This document shows positions 50,307-63,935 of a DNA stretch of 64,000 nt, one piece after another; position 1 is the stretch's first letter, and every line of letters starts with the position of its first letter. Made by a program: the position numbers and the translations under genes. This DNA comes from Octopus sinensis. Lineage: Eukaryota. Under the pieces are notes generated by a model that did not search any database, was not told the origin of the DNA, and saw only the letters and a program-made list of their open reading frames with translations. The stretch lies in assembly GCF_006345805.1 (NCBI RefSeq), contig NC_043000.1, forward strand, positions 117,366,001 through 117,430,000, written 5' to 3'.

Positions 50307-50360
50307 CGAGGTCTCAAGTTTGGGGGAAGGGTAATCCCTTCCCCCAAACTTGAGACCTCG
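50307..50360. repeat. Perfect 25-bp hairpin with a 4-nt loop at the end of a SINE B fragment (50361-50440, minus)
   Basis: CGAGGTCTCAAGTTTGGGGGAAGGG-TAAT-CCCTTCCCCCAAACTTGAGACCTCG. Confidence 0.9.
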
Positions 50361-50494
50361 ATTACATTGACCATAGTGCGTAACTGGTACTTATTTAATC
50401 GACCCCGAAAGGATGAAAGGCAAAATCAACCTCGGCGTAATTTACAACAACAAGAGGCAGCAGCAGCAGCAACAACAACTAATAAAATAATAAT

Positions 50495-50710
50495 GTTAAT
50501 CGCTAATCCAAACATGAAAACACAAAGAGAAAACACAACAACGCGAGGAAATGGAACAAGTATAGTGTTATTGGACGGTCAGGAAAGGAAAGAAAGAAGG
50601 AGAATTTAATGTTTCGTGCGGAGCTCTTCGTCAGAAACATAGGAAAAGCAAAGATCCAAGGACGGGAAGACGGAGGAAAGAAATCGCCAACGATAGACAC
50701 GCGGTCACAT

Positions 50711-50715
<5 letters not shown>
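50495..50715 (-). mobile_element. Penelope-like terminal repeat with canonical-core minimal hammerhead (50604-50638)
   Basis: Minus strand reads GTTT-CTGACGA-A-GAGC TCC GCAC-GAAACATT-AAAT. Confidence 0.65.
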
Positions 50716-50752
<37 letters not shown>

Positions 50753-50939
50753 AAATAATGAGGGAGATAAATTAAATATTAATTTAATTAATATCAATTT
50801 AAAACCAGTAGCCTAGCATACAAAAATCTGAAAAATCAGAGAATTACACACACACACACACACATATATATATGTATATATATATAGTATGTATGTATGT
50901 ATTATGCACTGTATGTATAATATATATATATATAGTATA

Positions 50940-50994
<55 letters not shown>

Positions 50995-51006
50995 TATATC
51001 CCAATA

Positions 51007-51059
<53 letters not shown>

Positions 51060-51394
51060 GATTTACATTGATTGACCACATATGGTTCAACTGCACCGAT
51101 TAGTAACCCTTGCAATTGCAACCCTGCTTTAATACCGGTGCAGTTTCTTTTGGGTCCTCACTTAATATCCTTCAATAGGCTTCCACATAGTTTATGTCGA
51201 ACAAATTTACTCACAAGTCATTAGTCGACTCGGGACAATTGCAGAAGGTGCCATGCAGTGAGACTGAACCCTAAACCCCGTGGTCACGGAGCGAGCCTTT
51301 TAACCACACGACCAAGTTTGAAAGTAGTGATCAGTAAATCCTTTTTGTAATAGCTCGTTTTCAATTTCTTCATATTTGTGTATCCTTCTCGAGC

Positions 51395-51670
51395 CACACC
51401 TGGCTCATAAAGCCCGGTTTCCCGGTTTCCTCGACGTATAGGTTCCCCACCTGGACGGGACGCCGAGGTGAGCTGCAAGATGCAGGAGGAAAGAGTGAGA
51501 GAAAGTTGTGGCGAAAGAATCAGCAGAAGTTCGCCATTACCTTCTGCCGGAGCCGCGTGGAGCTTAGGTGTTTTGCCCTTAAACACACACATAGCCCGGT
51601 CTGAGATTCGAACCCACGATCCCTCGACCGCGAGTCCTCTGCTCTATCCACTAGGCCATGTGCTTCCACT
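51395..51670 (-). mobile_element. SINE family C
   Basis: Reverse-complement tRNA-like head and shared tail. Confidence 0.75.
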
Positions 51671-52304
51671 ACATTTGTCTATGGCCTACGCATGCATTAT
51701 ATCATATCTTACATATGAAATTATACCCTATAATTTCACACTTATATTAGCAACATTCCAAGCTGTCACGCAGCGCATTACTTAGACTGTGACTTGGGTG
51801 CCCCTGCGTTGGGTAGGCGACGCATATGTTAGTCAAAGAAATTCATTTGAATCTGCCAGGAGTCACTCTCTGTGCTTCGTTCCCTGGTAGATTAACAAGC
51901 CGAAGGTCTCTGTCGTGAGTCCTCTGCCAGATCATCTTGGAACGTCCTCTGCGCCGTTGCAACTGAGGGTTCCACTTAAGGACTTAAATGGCCAGTCTGT
52001 ACGTCTGGAGACTCGTAATATGCCCCAGCTAACTCAGTCGGCGCTTGAAGATAGTGATGGACCCTTGCAGATAGTGATGGACTCTTGCAGATAGTGATGG
52101 ACTCTTGGCATTGGTCTACTCTTCTTCTGACTTCCTTGTTGCTGATAAAGTTGTTTCATGAATTAATAAATTAGTTAGTTAATGTGCAGTACGTGTGTCA
52201 TTGTTCAGTCTTAATTCAAGATTTCTTGCCAATAGAGAAAGAGTCGGTTTCTAACTTAGATCCATGGCTCCTTCATTGGAATTTCAACATCAACAACAGA
52301 GTAT

Positions 52305-52589
52305 TTTTGTATGTATGTATGTATGTATGTATGTATGTATGTATGTATGTATGTATGTATGTATGTATTATGTATGTGTATGTATGTATGTATGCATGCA
52401 TGCATGTATGTATTATGTATGCATGCATGTATGTATGTATGTATGTATATATGTATGTATGTATGCATGTATGCATGTATGTGTGTATGTATGTATGTAT
52501 GTATGCATGTATGCATGTATGTATGTATGTATGTATGTATGTATGCATGCATGCATGCATGTATGTATGTATGTATGTATGTATGTATG

Positions 52590-52620
<31 letters not shown>
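52305..52620. repeat. (TATG/CATG)n microsatellite flanked by a short duplicated block (52200-52235 / 52620-52655)
   Basis: ttgttcagt.tt.attcaagatttcttgccaatagagaaa occurs on both sides. Confidence 0.85.
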
Positions 52621-53099
52621 TTGTTCAGTTTTATTTCAAGATTTCTTGCCAATAGAGAAAAAACCGGTTATATGCAATATGGGTTTTAGCCAACGATTGG
52701 AAGGTATAAGTAGAAAATAGATCTACATGGTTTGCTCAGCTGACCACTTGTATGTCATAAGACTACTCTATCAGATATGATATGGATTTACTCCATAACA
52801 ATAAATGCAAAGAACACGCGCTCACACATACATGTACTAAATGAAGTAGCATCATGCATACCGATCCTCTTCCTGTGCGCCCTCACAAGAGTTTTCGAAA
52901 AGCTCATCCTTGATATCGTTAACCCACGCATTCCTCTTTGAATATCCCGAAATGGACTTGGAGTGCAACACGTAACTACTACACCACTCACGGACGTAAT
53001 ATATGATATATTCAACAACAACAAAACATCCTGCACTTACTACTCAGACTATTATCAGCATAAGTAAATTTTCAACGCAATTTCAACAATCTACTTATA

Positions 53100-53528
53100 C
53101 TCTTTTACTCTTTTACTCTTTTACTTGTTTCAGTCATTTGACTTGCGGCCATGCTGGAGCACCGCCTTTAGTCGAGCAAATCGACCCCAGAACTTTGTAA
53201 GCCTTTGTAAGCCTAGTACTTATTCTATCGGTCTCTTTTGCCGAACCGCTAAGTTACGGAGACGTAAACACACCAACATCGGTTGTCAAGCGATGTTGTG
53301 GGGGACAAACACAGACACACAACTACACACACACACACACATACATATACATATACATATATACGACGGACTTCTTTTCAGTTTCCGTCAACCAAATCCG
53401 CTCACAAAGCTTTGGTCAGCCCGAGGATATAGTAGAAGACACTTGATCAAGGTGTCACGCAGTGGAAATGAACCCGGAACCATGTGTTTGGTAAGCGAGT
53501 TACTTACCACACAGCCACTCCTGCGCCT
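53100..53528 (-). mobile_element. SINE family A
   Basis: Reverse-complement full-length match. Confidence 0.85.
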
Positions 53529-54123
53529 ATGCAAAAAAAAAAAATGCCCAAGATATCTTTAAAAAACAACGCAAAACGCTGGCTCGATAAGTGTCCAGCC
53601 ACCAAGCCTATCAATATGCGAAAACAGCAATACCAAGACTCGCATTTCCTTCAGTGAAGTACGGCAAGGATCTGTTTTGTCAGTCGTTTTATAATTTGTA
53701 TCTTATTCGTTCTTTCCACACCTTCTCAACACATTGACGTTGCCTTAAGCTACGATAACGTCACACACAATCACGGGCACACAAAAACACACACGCGCAC
53801 ACATAAACACATACACGGACACACGTAACCACATGCGCACACATTATCACGCACGAACAAGCATTAATACACACGCGCACACACACACACACAAACACAT
53901 ACACACACAGCCTCTCGTTATTTCTCTGAGATAGCGGCACACTTTCTCCAATCCAGCATAAATCGACTAGAACTCTGGCTCAAAATTTACAGATCTAAAG
54001 CAGGTTTATCAAACTCGTTGCTTTTCATATCAGCAACACCGGAGCATATTAAATATAACCAATTATCACAGATAACATTCCAGCATCACTACCAACAGCA
54101 ACAACAACACTAACACCACCATC

Positions 54124-55292
54124 GGATCTTTTCCTTTTGATGGACGGAATTTTCTAGTTAACTAAACAATTTGAAACTTCGTATACTGGTAGAATGTGTC
54201 AAAAGAAAACATTATTGTAAACAAAATTGAAAACAAATTGTAATTTCTAAGTAACTAGTTTAATTTAATTCTACGAATTTTAACCAATGAGATCCCAGCA
54301 TTTGAGCTCAATTCATTTTCTGCGTCTAAAAACTCACACACACACGTCTTATTCAGCCTTATCTCTTCTGTCTTCTGTCTTCTGCATGTGCTCTGCATGT
54401 GCTAGAAATAACAGCTATATCTCTTAAATCGATGAGTTTCGTCGCCCAATAAAAATATTAACGATATATTCTGAATATTTTCTTTATTTTTTTTTACCGA
54501 AAAGGCTTCTCCCATGGTTTTGAAGGGCCAGAAACAACAAAACAACAAAAACAAAACAATAATATGCCTAAAACGGTCTAGAGTTTGCGCGTGGAGTGTG
54601 AGTCGTATTGTAAAAATTTGCGAAATATTTTTTCATAAAAGGATGCCCCAGCTTGTCGGAAGCTGTGATATAAATTGGGGAAAAAATCCTCGACCCCAGT
54701 GCGTAGTTGGTACTTAATTTATCGACCCCGAAACGATGAAACATTGACCCCCCCTCCTTCTGTTTTTTTATTTATTTTTTTGTAAATTTGTTGCGGCAAG
54801 GGGAAAAACACGAACGTGTATGTATGCTTGTGTGCGTATGTGTGTGTATGTATATGTCCGTTTGTATGTGTGTACGCTTATATATTAATTACTATGTGCT
54901 TGTGCAAATGTATATGCATGTGTTTGAGAGAGAGAGAGAGAGATAGTAACAGAGAGTGTGTGTGTGCAAGTGTACGTGTGTATATATCTGAATATATATA
55001 TATATGTGTGTGTGTGTGTATGCGGCATGCGTCTGCTATGTTTCTTTATCAATATCGATAACGCAGCAAATGATTTGAGTTCAAATGCTGGGATTTTATT
55101 GGTTAAAATTCGAAGATGCTGGGATTTCATTGGTTAAAATTCCAAGAATTAAACTACGTTAAAGTTACGAATTACAATTTTGTTTTCAATTTTCTTTGCA
55201 ATAATGTTTTCTTTTGACACATTCTAGCAGTATACAAAGTTTCAAATTTTTTAGTTAACTAGAAAATTCCGTCCATCAAAAGGAAAAGATCC
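54124..55292. mobile_element. Non-autonomous DNA transposon with ~200-bp TIRs and an 8-bp TSD (Merlin- or hAT-like)
   Basis: The outer 42 bp (GGATCTTTTCCTTTTGATGGACGG...) form a perfect inverted repeat. Flanks are CCACCATC / TCACCATC. Confidence 0.7.
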
Positions 55293-55680
55293 TCACCATC
55301 AAAACCACCAACACCACCAACAACAGCACCAACACCAAAACCACAACAACCACCACCATCAACACAAACAACAACAACATCAACACCAATACTACACCAC
55401 AACAACACCACCACCACCACCAACACAACCATCACCACCAACCACACCACCAACATCACCACCACCAACACCACCAACACCAACACCACCACCACCGCCA
55501 ACAACAACACCCCACCCCCACCAACACCACCACCGCCACCAACAGCAGCAACACTACCACCAACACCACCAACATGACCAACACCACTAACACCACCAAC
55601 ACCACCAACATCACCACCAACCACAGCACCACCAACAACACCACCAGCAACACCACCAACAACAACACCACCAACAACAC
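55293..55680. repeat. (CAC/CAA)n trinucleotide tract
   Basis: Direct reading. Confidence 0.9.
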
Positions 55681-55695
55681 TCGGCCATATGCCTC

Positions 55696-55726
<31 letters not shown>

Positions 55727-57121
55727 GGCTTTCACACAATTTCCATCTACCCAAATGGTAGATGGAATTTCCATCTACCCAAAATGGCATTGGTTGTTCC
55801 GGGGCTATAGTAGAAGAAAGACACTTGATCAAACTGCCACGTAGTGGGACTGAACCCGAAACTATATGGCTGCAAAACGGATTAAGATAATCTGCTGGAG
55901 CTTTGGAGACAGTAATGGAAAACATGGGGAAGGGGTCTCTTGCAAAAACCCCCATGCACTGTAACAGCGCATCGCTGCATCCAGTATTTTCTGTTGTTTC
56001 CCTAGTCTTAGAGGATGATACCTTTTCCCCACTCAGGCGATAACCCCTCTCCAACCCATGGGTCTGTTTGGGTAGTCATTATTGGTGAGGGTTTTGCGAA
56101 GTCGGAGTACAAGTCCTAATTCAACCTTTTTTTCTGGATGCCTTTTACGGGATGCAGAGAAAATGCTGGGTCTATTCTTCTGGTCAGCCCGTCCCCATCA
56201 CAGCAGCACGGGGGCCGTCCAAGAATTTGAACCTGGAGATCTCCATTTCCAGCGACTTCGAGGGCCACCTCCCAGTGGTGTCGGGCGTCAACGAAGAACC
56301 CTCGACTACAACAAGACGACCAAAGTTTATTTTTTTTGTCCAAGGTCTGGGTTCTCCCGTCCCTAAGCCCTAGACTATCACCTAATCATCCTTACCCGTC
56401 TTGCTGCTTAACAACAACAACAACAGCAGCAGCACGTGGTGGGGGAGGACTAAACAACAGATGACCAAGAACCACAGCCCTAATGTGTTTACCGTTATCA
56501 CAATTACCTGAGGTGCAGCAAGAAAATATTCCACCCGGGGTGACCTTTGATTTCGCCACCTACACCCCCAACAGTACTGCTCCTTTAAAAGCGTCGCCCC
56601 CACCAATCGCTCTTATCTATCGCCCCTACTCTATCTCCCCTACACATCTTCCCCTATCCATCGCCTCTTACCCATCGCCCCTGCACCCCTTAACCACTGT
56701 ACTGGCTATTGCTTTGGGCATTTCTTTCCTTATCTGAAATAATTCGGAAAAACCCTGGTCCTGGTATCTTTCATGTTTCTATTTTGGAATTTCATTTAAA
56801 TGTTACTTTTTGTATATTTTTATATTTAATTATCTTTCTACTTTGTGTGTGTGTGTGTGTGTGTGGTGTGTGTGTGTGTGTGTGTGTGTGTATCATCCCC
56901 GTCTCCAAAGCAACGCCTCAAATCCTCGAATTCTCATTGTTAGCTAACAATAATGTTCGACAAGTTGTCTAAAGTGAGCGACTCATGTTAGGAACTTATT
57001 AAATAATGGGTTGATTGTATTTAGGTACTTGAAATGATTATGGAAAGAAGAATTGTAACTTTCTGTTACTCCAAATTAAAAATAGAACTAAAGGAAGGCA
57101 TAAAAGCATTAATGACGTAGA

Positions 57122-57267
<146 letters not shown>

Positions 57268-57605
57268 CCTCTGAATAAAGCCATATTAGTTATATCCGGA
57301 AAATCAACTTACAAAACTAACAAACATTAACTAGTTTTTGAATGTCGAGTTGTCCCAGATAAAATACATTTCTTAAATTGAATTTGTTTTCTTTTTACTC
57401 AACGTCTTTCTTATTCCCCATCTGCGTATAGACTATAGCGCTGAGAGAGTGTCTATATTACTTTGCATATAAATTTATTTATTTAACTCTGCTAAACCCA
57501 TGAGATTTTTTTTTTAATGCATAAAATGCAAAATCAGGATAAAAACTTTAATTGGAAATACTGTAAAGTTGGTAGTTACACTTGTGTTTAATATTCAGAC
57601 ATGGG

Positions 57606-57885
57606 AAGGCGGCGAGCTGGCTGAGACGTTAAGCACGCCGAGCGAAATGCTTAGCAGTATTTTGCTGTCTTTACGTTCTGAGTTCAAATTCCGCCGAGGT
57701 CGACTTCGCCTTTCATCCTTTCGGGGTCGATATATTAAGTACCAGTTACGCACTGTGGTCGATGTAATCGACCTAATCCGTTTGTCTGTCCTTGTTTGTC
57801 CCCTCCGAACTCAGAACGTAACGGCAGGCAAAATACGGCTACGCATTTCGCCCGGCGTGTTAACGGTTCTGCCAGTTCGCCGCCT
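57606..57885 (+). mobile_element. SINE family B followed by an inverted copy of its own head
   Basis: Plus-strand copy at 57606-57800; reverse-complement head at 57805-57885. Confidence 0.8.
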
Positions 57886-57889
57886 TCAT

Positions 57890-58432
57890 TTCACTTTTTC
57901 CTTGGACTTTAACGTCGAGCGAAGGTCGCAAGAATCGGTATTATGGCAGCATCCCATCTGCTGGGTCAATTTCCTAGTGGACTGGCGCGGATCTTCGTGG
58001 ATGAGCTCGTTCAACCGATACTCATTGAACTAAACAGATTGACAGAAAAAAAAAAACGGCTCCGAGTCTGTGAGATTTTCCCACATTGAAGCATAAAAAC
58101 CATTTTTGTGCAGATCTTTCAGCACCAGAGCCTTCTACATACACAATACGAATATCTCGTGTCTTTGACATCTTCGTAACCTTGAATGAAAGCGAAGAAA
58201 AGCAGATGTAATGAAAAAAAGAAAAAAACGATCCTTTTTTTTTTTCTATTTGGCACTCCTTCGTTATATATCTGAAAAGAGGTGACATTTATTCAAATTT
58301 CTAAAACAATAAAAAAAAAAGTTGTAAGAGGAAGAACAGAGCTACGAAGAAAAGCATAAACAATTACGACAATATATTTCTCACGTTGATTCAAATAACA
58401 TTGAAAAGAAACAACTTTATTACAACTCAATA
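57890..58432 (-). mobile_element. Mariner transposon 5' remnant (transposase HTH region)
   Basis: TRDIRIVYVEGSGAERSAQKWF and RLNELIHEDPRQSTRKL match mariner N-terminal HTH motifs. TATTGAGTTGTAATAAAGTT is a TIR-like end at 58432. Confidence 0.75.
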
Positions 58433-58559
58433 CAACACGTAGACTAGTGGTCTTTTGTTACTGCCATATACTCAGCTCTTCTCACAAGGTTATGCATTTT
58501 AGAGAAATAACGTAAACGAATGTGATACTGCATTTTTACTAACTCCTTATGTATATATA

Positions 58560-58842
58560 TAGTGGAGGCACATGGCTTAGTGGTTAGAGCAGCGGACTGG
58601 TGGTCGAGGGACGCGGGTTCGAATTTCAAACCGGGCGATGTGTGTGTTTATGAGCGAAACACCTAAGCTCTACACGGCTTCGGCAGAAGGTAATGGTGAA
58701 CTTCTGCTGACTCTTTTGCCACAGCTTTCTCTCACTCTTTCCTCCTGCATCTTGTAGGTCACCTGTGACGGACTGGCGTCCCGTCCATGTGGAAAACCGG
58801 GAAACCGGCCCTTATGAGCCAGGCATGGCTCGAGAAGAAACA

Positions 58843-58845
<3 letters not shown>
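58560..58845 (+). mobile_element. SINE family C
   Basis: GGAGGCACATGGCTTAGTGGTTAGAGCAGCGG head and GACGGACTGGCGTCCCGTCCA block. Confidence 0.8.
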
Positions 58846-58878
<33 letters not shown>

Positions 58879-59003
58879 TTTTTTCAGTTTCCAACTACCA
58901 AGTCCAATCACAAAGCTTTGGTCGACCCGCGGCCATATTAGAATATACTAGGCGAAGGTGCCACGCAGTGTGACTGAACCCTGAACCACAGCCACTCCTG
59001 TGC

Positions 59004-59064
<61 letters not shown>

Positions 59065-59489
59065 CATACATACACACACGCGCGTATACGCACACTGATC
59101 CGTAAGATTCATAGCTGGTCACCCTATTTCCATGACGTATAAGTGATCGAGATCACAACATTCCCCCTCAAGGCCAACAATTTTGAGAGGAAGGGGACAA
59201 CTAGATTACAACAACATCAGTACTTGACTGGTACTTTATATTATCAAACTCGAAGTGGATGAATGGCACAGACGACTTCGGCTAGATTTGAACTCAGAAT
59301 GTAAAGAACCGGAATAAACGCCGTTAAGCATTTTGTGCGATGTTTTTACAATAGTGCCAGCTTGTCTCATACACACACATTAAACATTGGCTATTGGTAA
59401 AATATCTTGTTCATGTATTTCGTTTTAGTTGCATCTGCCAGGTCGGCAATATTCACAGTTACAACATCGTAAATGTAGTAATGAACCAA

Positions 59490-59870
59490 GGTGGAGGTGC
59501 AATGGCCCAGTGGTTGGGGCAGCGGACTACTGGTCGTGGGATCGCAGTTTCGATTCCGAAACCGGGCGTTGTGAGTGTTTATTGAGCGAAAAACACTTTA
59601 AGTTCCACGTGGCTCCGGCAGTGGGTGGTGGAAAACCCTGCTGTACTCTTTCACCACAACTTTCTTTCACTCTTTCTTCCTGTTTCTGTTGTACCTGTAT
59701 TTCAAAGGGGCCAGCCTTGTCACCTTCTGTGAATCTCCCCGAGATCTACGTTAAGGGGTACACGTGTCTGCGGAGTGCTCAGCCACTTGCACGTTAATTT
59801 CACGAGCAGGTTCCTTTGATCGGATCAACTGGAGCTCTCGTCGTCGTAACCGAGAAAGTGCCACGATAAA
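59490..59870 (+). mobile_element. SINE family C (long-tail variant)
   Basis: tRNA-like head; the CTCGTCGTCGTAACCGA tail is shared with 63620-63935. Confidence 0.75.
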
Positions 59871-61118
59871 ATGAACCAATGGATAGCCTCTTGGGAACTT
59901 CCGAGCGAAGAAGCTTTTATTCACGAAAATCTAATGTAGAATTATAAAGAAAACAACACTTGTACTTTTATCTCCAGAATTTATAATTAGTGCTTGATAG
60001 ATTTAACTGCACTGCCAAGTTTCATTTTACTACAATAAAAAGTTTCCGTGTACATGTTTGAAATTTCGCACTAATTACTGGTGCCTACACAAAAACCGAC
60101 TAATTTTACATGATGTAATTAGTAAGTGTAACTTAATAATTGTCATAGTACTACAAGTAGTTTACGTATGCAAATAAGCACCAAACAATTTTCTAACAAA
60201 TTATACCAACATAATGACCAAAAATGCAGTATTAACAAAAGTCTATCAATTTATTTGAAGTTGGTAACAAGTTCTCCGTCGGTTTTGAGGATGTGGGTTT
60301 CTGTTGATCCCATTAACGGAATAGCCTGCTGGTGAAATTACTGGTTGAATACTCCACAGACACGCGTACCCTTAACGTATTTCTCAGAGAGATTCAGCGT
60401 CACACAGAATGTGACAAGCTTGGCCCTTGGAAATATGGGTACTATTCATTTTTGCCATTTGAGTGGAGTGGAGCAACATGAAATAAATAAAGTATCTTGC
60501 TCAAGGAGACAATGCGTCGCCGGGAATCGAACTCACAACTTTACGATCGTGAGCAGAATATCCTAACCATTACGCTACGCGTCTTTACATTTGAATCTCA
60601 GGGATAGCATCATACTCGCCCTATCGTCTTTAAAAGAAAGGTGAGATTAGATAATGGTGATACAGATAGTTCTAGATATACCTGAATTTTAAAAGATGGC
60701 CACAGCCAGCGTGTCTTTGATCATAGGTTATCTCAACCAAAGTTAACCCTTTGATATGCAAACCTGTCATCTAACTTCTACTTGTTTTACATAACTCGTT
60801 ACTGCCTCCATTTTTTACCCAGCTTTTCTAAGCCCACCTCTTTGTTTTATTGACTCTTGTCTATCTCACTGTCCCACCAAACACATTCTGGCTGGAATTT
60901 TACACCTCAAGAACAATAATATACCACCCGGTTTAGGAATCGAAAACACCACCTTGCAATCGGGAGAGCAACACCCTAACCATAAGGCTACGCGCCTTCA
61001 CTATCCTTTATTTTTAGGTTTTTGGTTTTTTGACCCTTTCTCTTGCTCGATCAATACTTCGTCTGAATAGTAATCGTACATTTTTTTCTAAGAGCTCTAT
61101 TGCATTGTTAGCATTTAG

Positions 61119-61845
61119 AAATGGTTTTGAACCCACTTTCATATAGTTCTGCATTGGACTCTTCCCCACACGAGACGCGTCCACTTTCACAGGAGACGGG
61201 CTTCCACTCACCAGAGAGGTGTCTTGCTTCACAAGAGACTGCGTCCTTATCAGAGAGTGTCTCATATTCATGTGAGGTATGCTCCATCTTAAACTTTATT
61301 TATATTTCATTGCTTTTTCTTATTGCTCTCTTTATTAGTTTTCGTTTTTATCAATCTGCCAGATCCCTGTTGTTTCTCTCTGTTCCCGACCCTCAAAAAT
61401 GAACCAGTGTTCTCGACCAGAAACACCAACTTCTCTGGACACATGAAGATCGACAGTAACACAAAACCCATGCTTTACTGAAACAGCACCGCTACTCCAT
61501 TCCCCCATCCCAAGTCGAGTAAGATGCGAAGATCTCAAAGTCACTAAAATGGTTGCTAATGTACGTGTGCCGGAAATCCTGGTTCTGCAGCCGGCTTTAA
61601 CATCCAAACCTAGCGATCTAAGGTCATTGACTTATCGACAATACTTTCAGGATGACCGTGGGCTAAGTGCATTTATACACCTCACTCTCAAAGGAGACAA
61701 GAAAACGGGTTACTTACACCTATTTAGTAGTCCCAAAGACCGAATGGCGCACTCTCCATGGATCTTTGAATTTCCTTTGGAGAGTCCCTTAAGAACCAAC
61801 TGCTTGCCCTTGCAGAAATTCAACCTTAACATTTATAAATCTTAA
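61119..61845 (+). pseudogene. Possible two-exon coding fragment (61119-61276 and 61363-61845) with one in-frame TGA
   Basis: A GTATGC donor and pyrimidine-rich CAG acceptor join the two frames in phase 0. TGA at 61444-61446. No recognisable domain. Confidence 0.3.
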
Positions 61846-61859
61846 TATCTAATTTTAAA

Positions 61860-62248
61860 AGGAGTAGGAGTGGCTGTGTGGTAAGTAGCTTGCTTACGAA
61901 CCACATCGCTCCGAGTTCAGTGCCACTGCGTGACGCCTTGGGCAAGTGTCTTCTACTATAGCCTCGGGCCGACTAATGCCTTGTGAGTGGATTTGGTACA
62001 AATTATCAATTGAAAATAGCTATATATATACGTTTGTGTGTCTGACTTTGTCCACCCCCACCCCCACAACTTGACAACCGATGCTGGTGTGTTTAGGTCC
62101 CCGTAACCTAGCGGTTCAGCAAAAGAGACCGATAGAATAAGTACTAGGCTTACAAAGAATAAGTCCTGGGGGCGATTTGCTCGACTAAAGGTGGTGCTCC
62201 AGCATGGTCACAGTCAAATGACTGAAACAAGTAAAAGAGTAAAAGAGG
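61860..62248 (+). mobile_element. SINE family A
   Basis: Full-length match. Confidence 0.85.
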
Positions 62249-62874
62249 TATGGTTTTCAGAGGTGCCGTAAGTGTGTGGTTCATTCTGAGCGGTGCAACT
62301 TAAATTCATTTATTATCATTTGGTTCTACCTCATCGGAACGGTGCTGCTGTTGTTGTTACTATCACTTTGTTGTTGCTACTGTTTTTATCTTTTTTTTTT
62401 GTACTCTTGTACTCTTAAAAACGTCGTCCTTACCTTTGTTGTTCTCATTATTATTGACGCAATTGTAGATGTTATACTCCTCTTGCGAACGTTCTCTTAC
62501 GAAGCCGGTAGTGGCATGAGATATTCCTGCTACCGTACCGTTCAGGATATAATATCTCTCCCAATCTCAACCTTAACACTTCTACCAAATGAACCACACC
62601 TAGCTATTTTGAGAAATATTTCGGATCGTGTTCAAACTTGTTTGTCGTTATTTACGGTCCACTGCTTCCACTGCCTACGGAACTCCTTGTTAAGAAACGA
62701 GAACTCTCGTTTCCTTTATTTTCTCGGCCTTGTACTGTAATTGACACAGGGTGCAATTTACATGTTGACGTTACATTTGTCGTTGATATTGGGTTAGATT
62801 ATATTTTGATGACCTCGTTAACTGTTCTTCCGCTATTGATATTGGCTTCAAATTTTGGCACAAAATCAGCAAGT

Positions 62875-63055
62875 TCAGGGGAGGAGGTAAGTCGATTACA
62901 TCGACGCCAGTATTCAACTGGTACTTATTTTATTGACCCCGAAAGAAAGAAAGGCAAAGTCAGCCTCGGCGGAATTTGAACTCAGAACGTAAAGGCGGAA
63001 GAAATACCGATGAACATTTTTCCCGGCGTGCTAAAGATTCTCCCATCTCGCTGTC
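62875..63055 (-). mobile_element. SINE family B (variant tail)
   Basis: Reverse-complement core and head. Confidence 0.75.
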
Positions 63056-63329
63056 CTCTTCCACTTTCACTGTCGATATTGATGTTGTCTTCTTCTTCTT
63101 CTTCTTCTTCTTCTAATCACGACTCACGCCATTAGCCACAAAGAATAATCTCTAATTCGAGCCTGCTCTAAGCTACTAAGAGTGCCTGTGGAAACTTGAA
63201 GATCCACCCACCACACGTGATAGGCTGGCTGTTGTACGGGCACGAAAGCTACGTTGTTATCCACATTCCGTAAACGGTGGCTTTTAACGGGTGGAGAGCT
63301 GAACCATCCTGGGTACAGAGGATTCGAAA

Positions 63330-63580
63330 TCTAGATTAGGGTCTGAAAGTTTACCACACCATAGTTGGTTACACCATGGTTCTTCTGCTTTGTGGCAGAA
63401 GTAGGAAGAAAAACTGAGGGAGAGTTGTGGTGAAAGAGTACAGCCCCCACCCCGCCGGAGCCTCGTGGAGCTTAGGTATTTTCGCTCAATAAACACTCAC
63501 AATGCCCGGTCTGGGAATCGAAACCGCGTTCTTACGACCGCGAGTCAGCTGCCCTAACCACTGGGCCATTGCGCCTCCAC
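63330..63580 (-). mobile_element. SINE family C
   Basis: Reverse complement of the GGAGGCGCAATGGCCCAGTGGTTAGGG head. Confidence 0.8.
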
Positions 63581-63614
63581 ATGTTGTTGTCGTCGACGTT
63601 TGCTCAAAGCCACG

Positions 63615-63935
63615 AAGGTGCGCAGCTTAGTAGTTAGGGTATTTGGCTCACGATCGTAAGGCCGTGGTTTCGATTCCCGGTGGCACATTGACTCCTTGAG
63701 GAAGACATTTTATTTCACGTTGCTCCAAATCTTTCAGCTGGCAAAAATAAGTAGTACTGGTTGTTCAAAGAGTCAGCCTTGTTGCATTCTATGTCGCGGT
63801 AAATCTCCCTGAGAACTACGTTAACGACATGCGTGTCCGTGGAGTACTCAGCCACTTACATGTTAATTTCACAAACAGGCTGTTCCGTTGGTGGAGCTAA
63901 CTGGAACCTTCGTCGTCGTAACCGACGGAGTGCCA
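63615..63935 (+). mobile_element. tRNA-derived SINE (family C-related)
   Basis: GCAGCTTAGTAGTTAGGG A-box-like and TTTCGATTCCCGG B-box-like; shared tail. Confidence 0.7.

Noticed and set aside
51893-52095. Open frame INKPKVSVVSPLPDHLG...EDSDG after a possible acceptor, with a ~20-bp tandem repeat at its end
   Set aside because: Short, no recognisable domain and no donor or partner exon identified; cannot be supported as coding.
56060-56800. GC-richer block with short ORFs and a T-rich tail, possibly another decayed ORF1-type element
   Set aside because: No diagnostic motif (knuckle, RG.K[YF], shared 3' tail) could be read.
61014-61271. 85-aa minus-strand ORF
   Set aside because: No good splice acceptor or domain. 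The plus-strand spliced frame has better signals, although neither is established.
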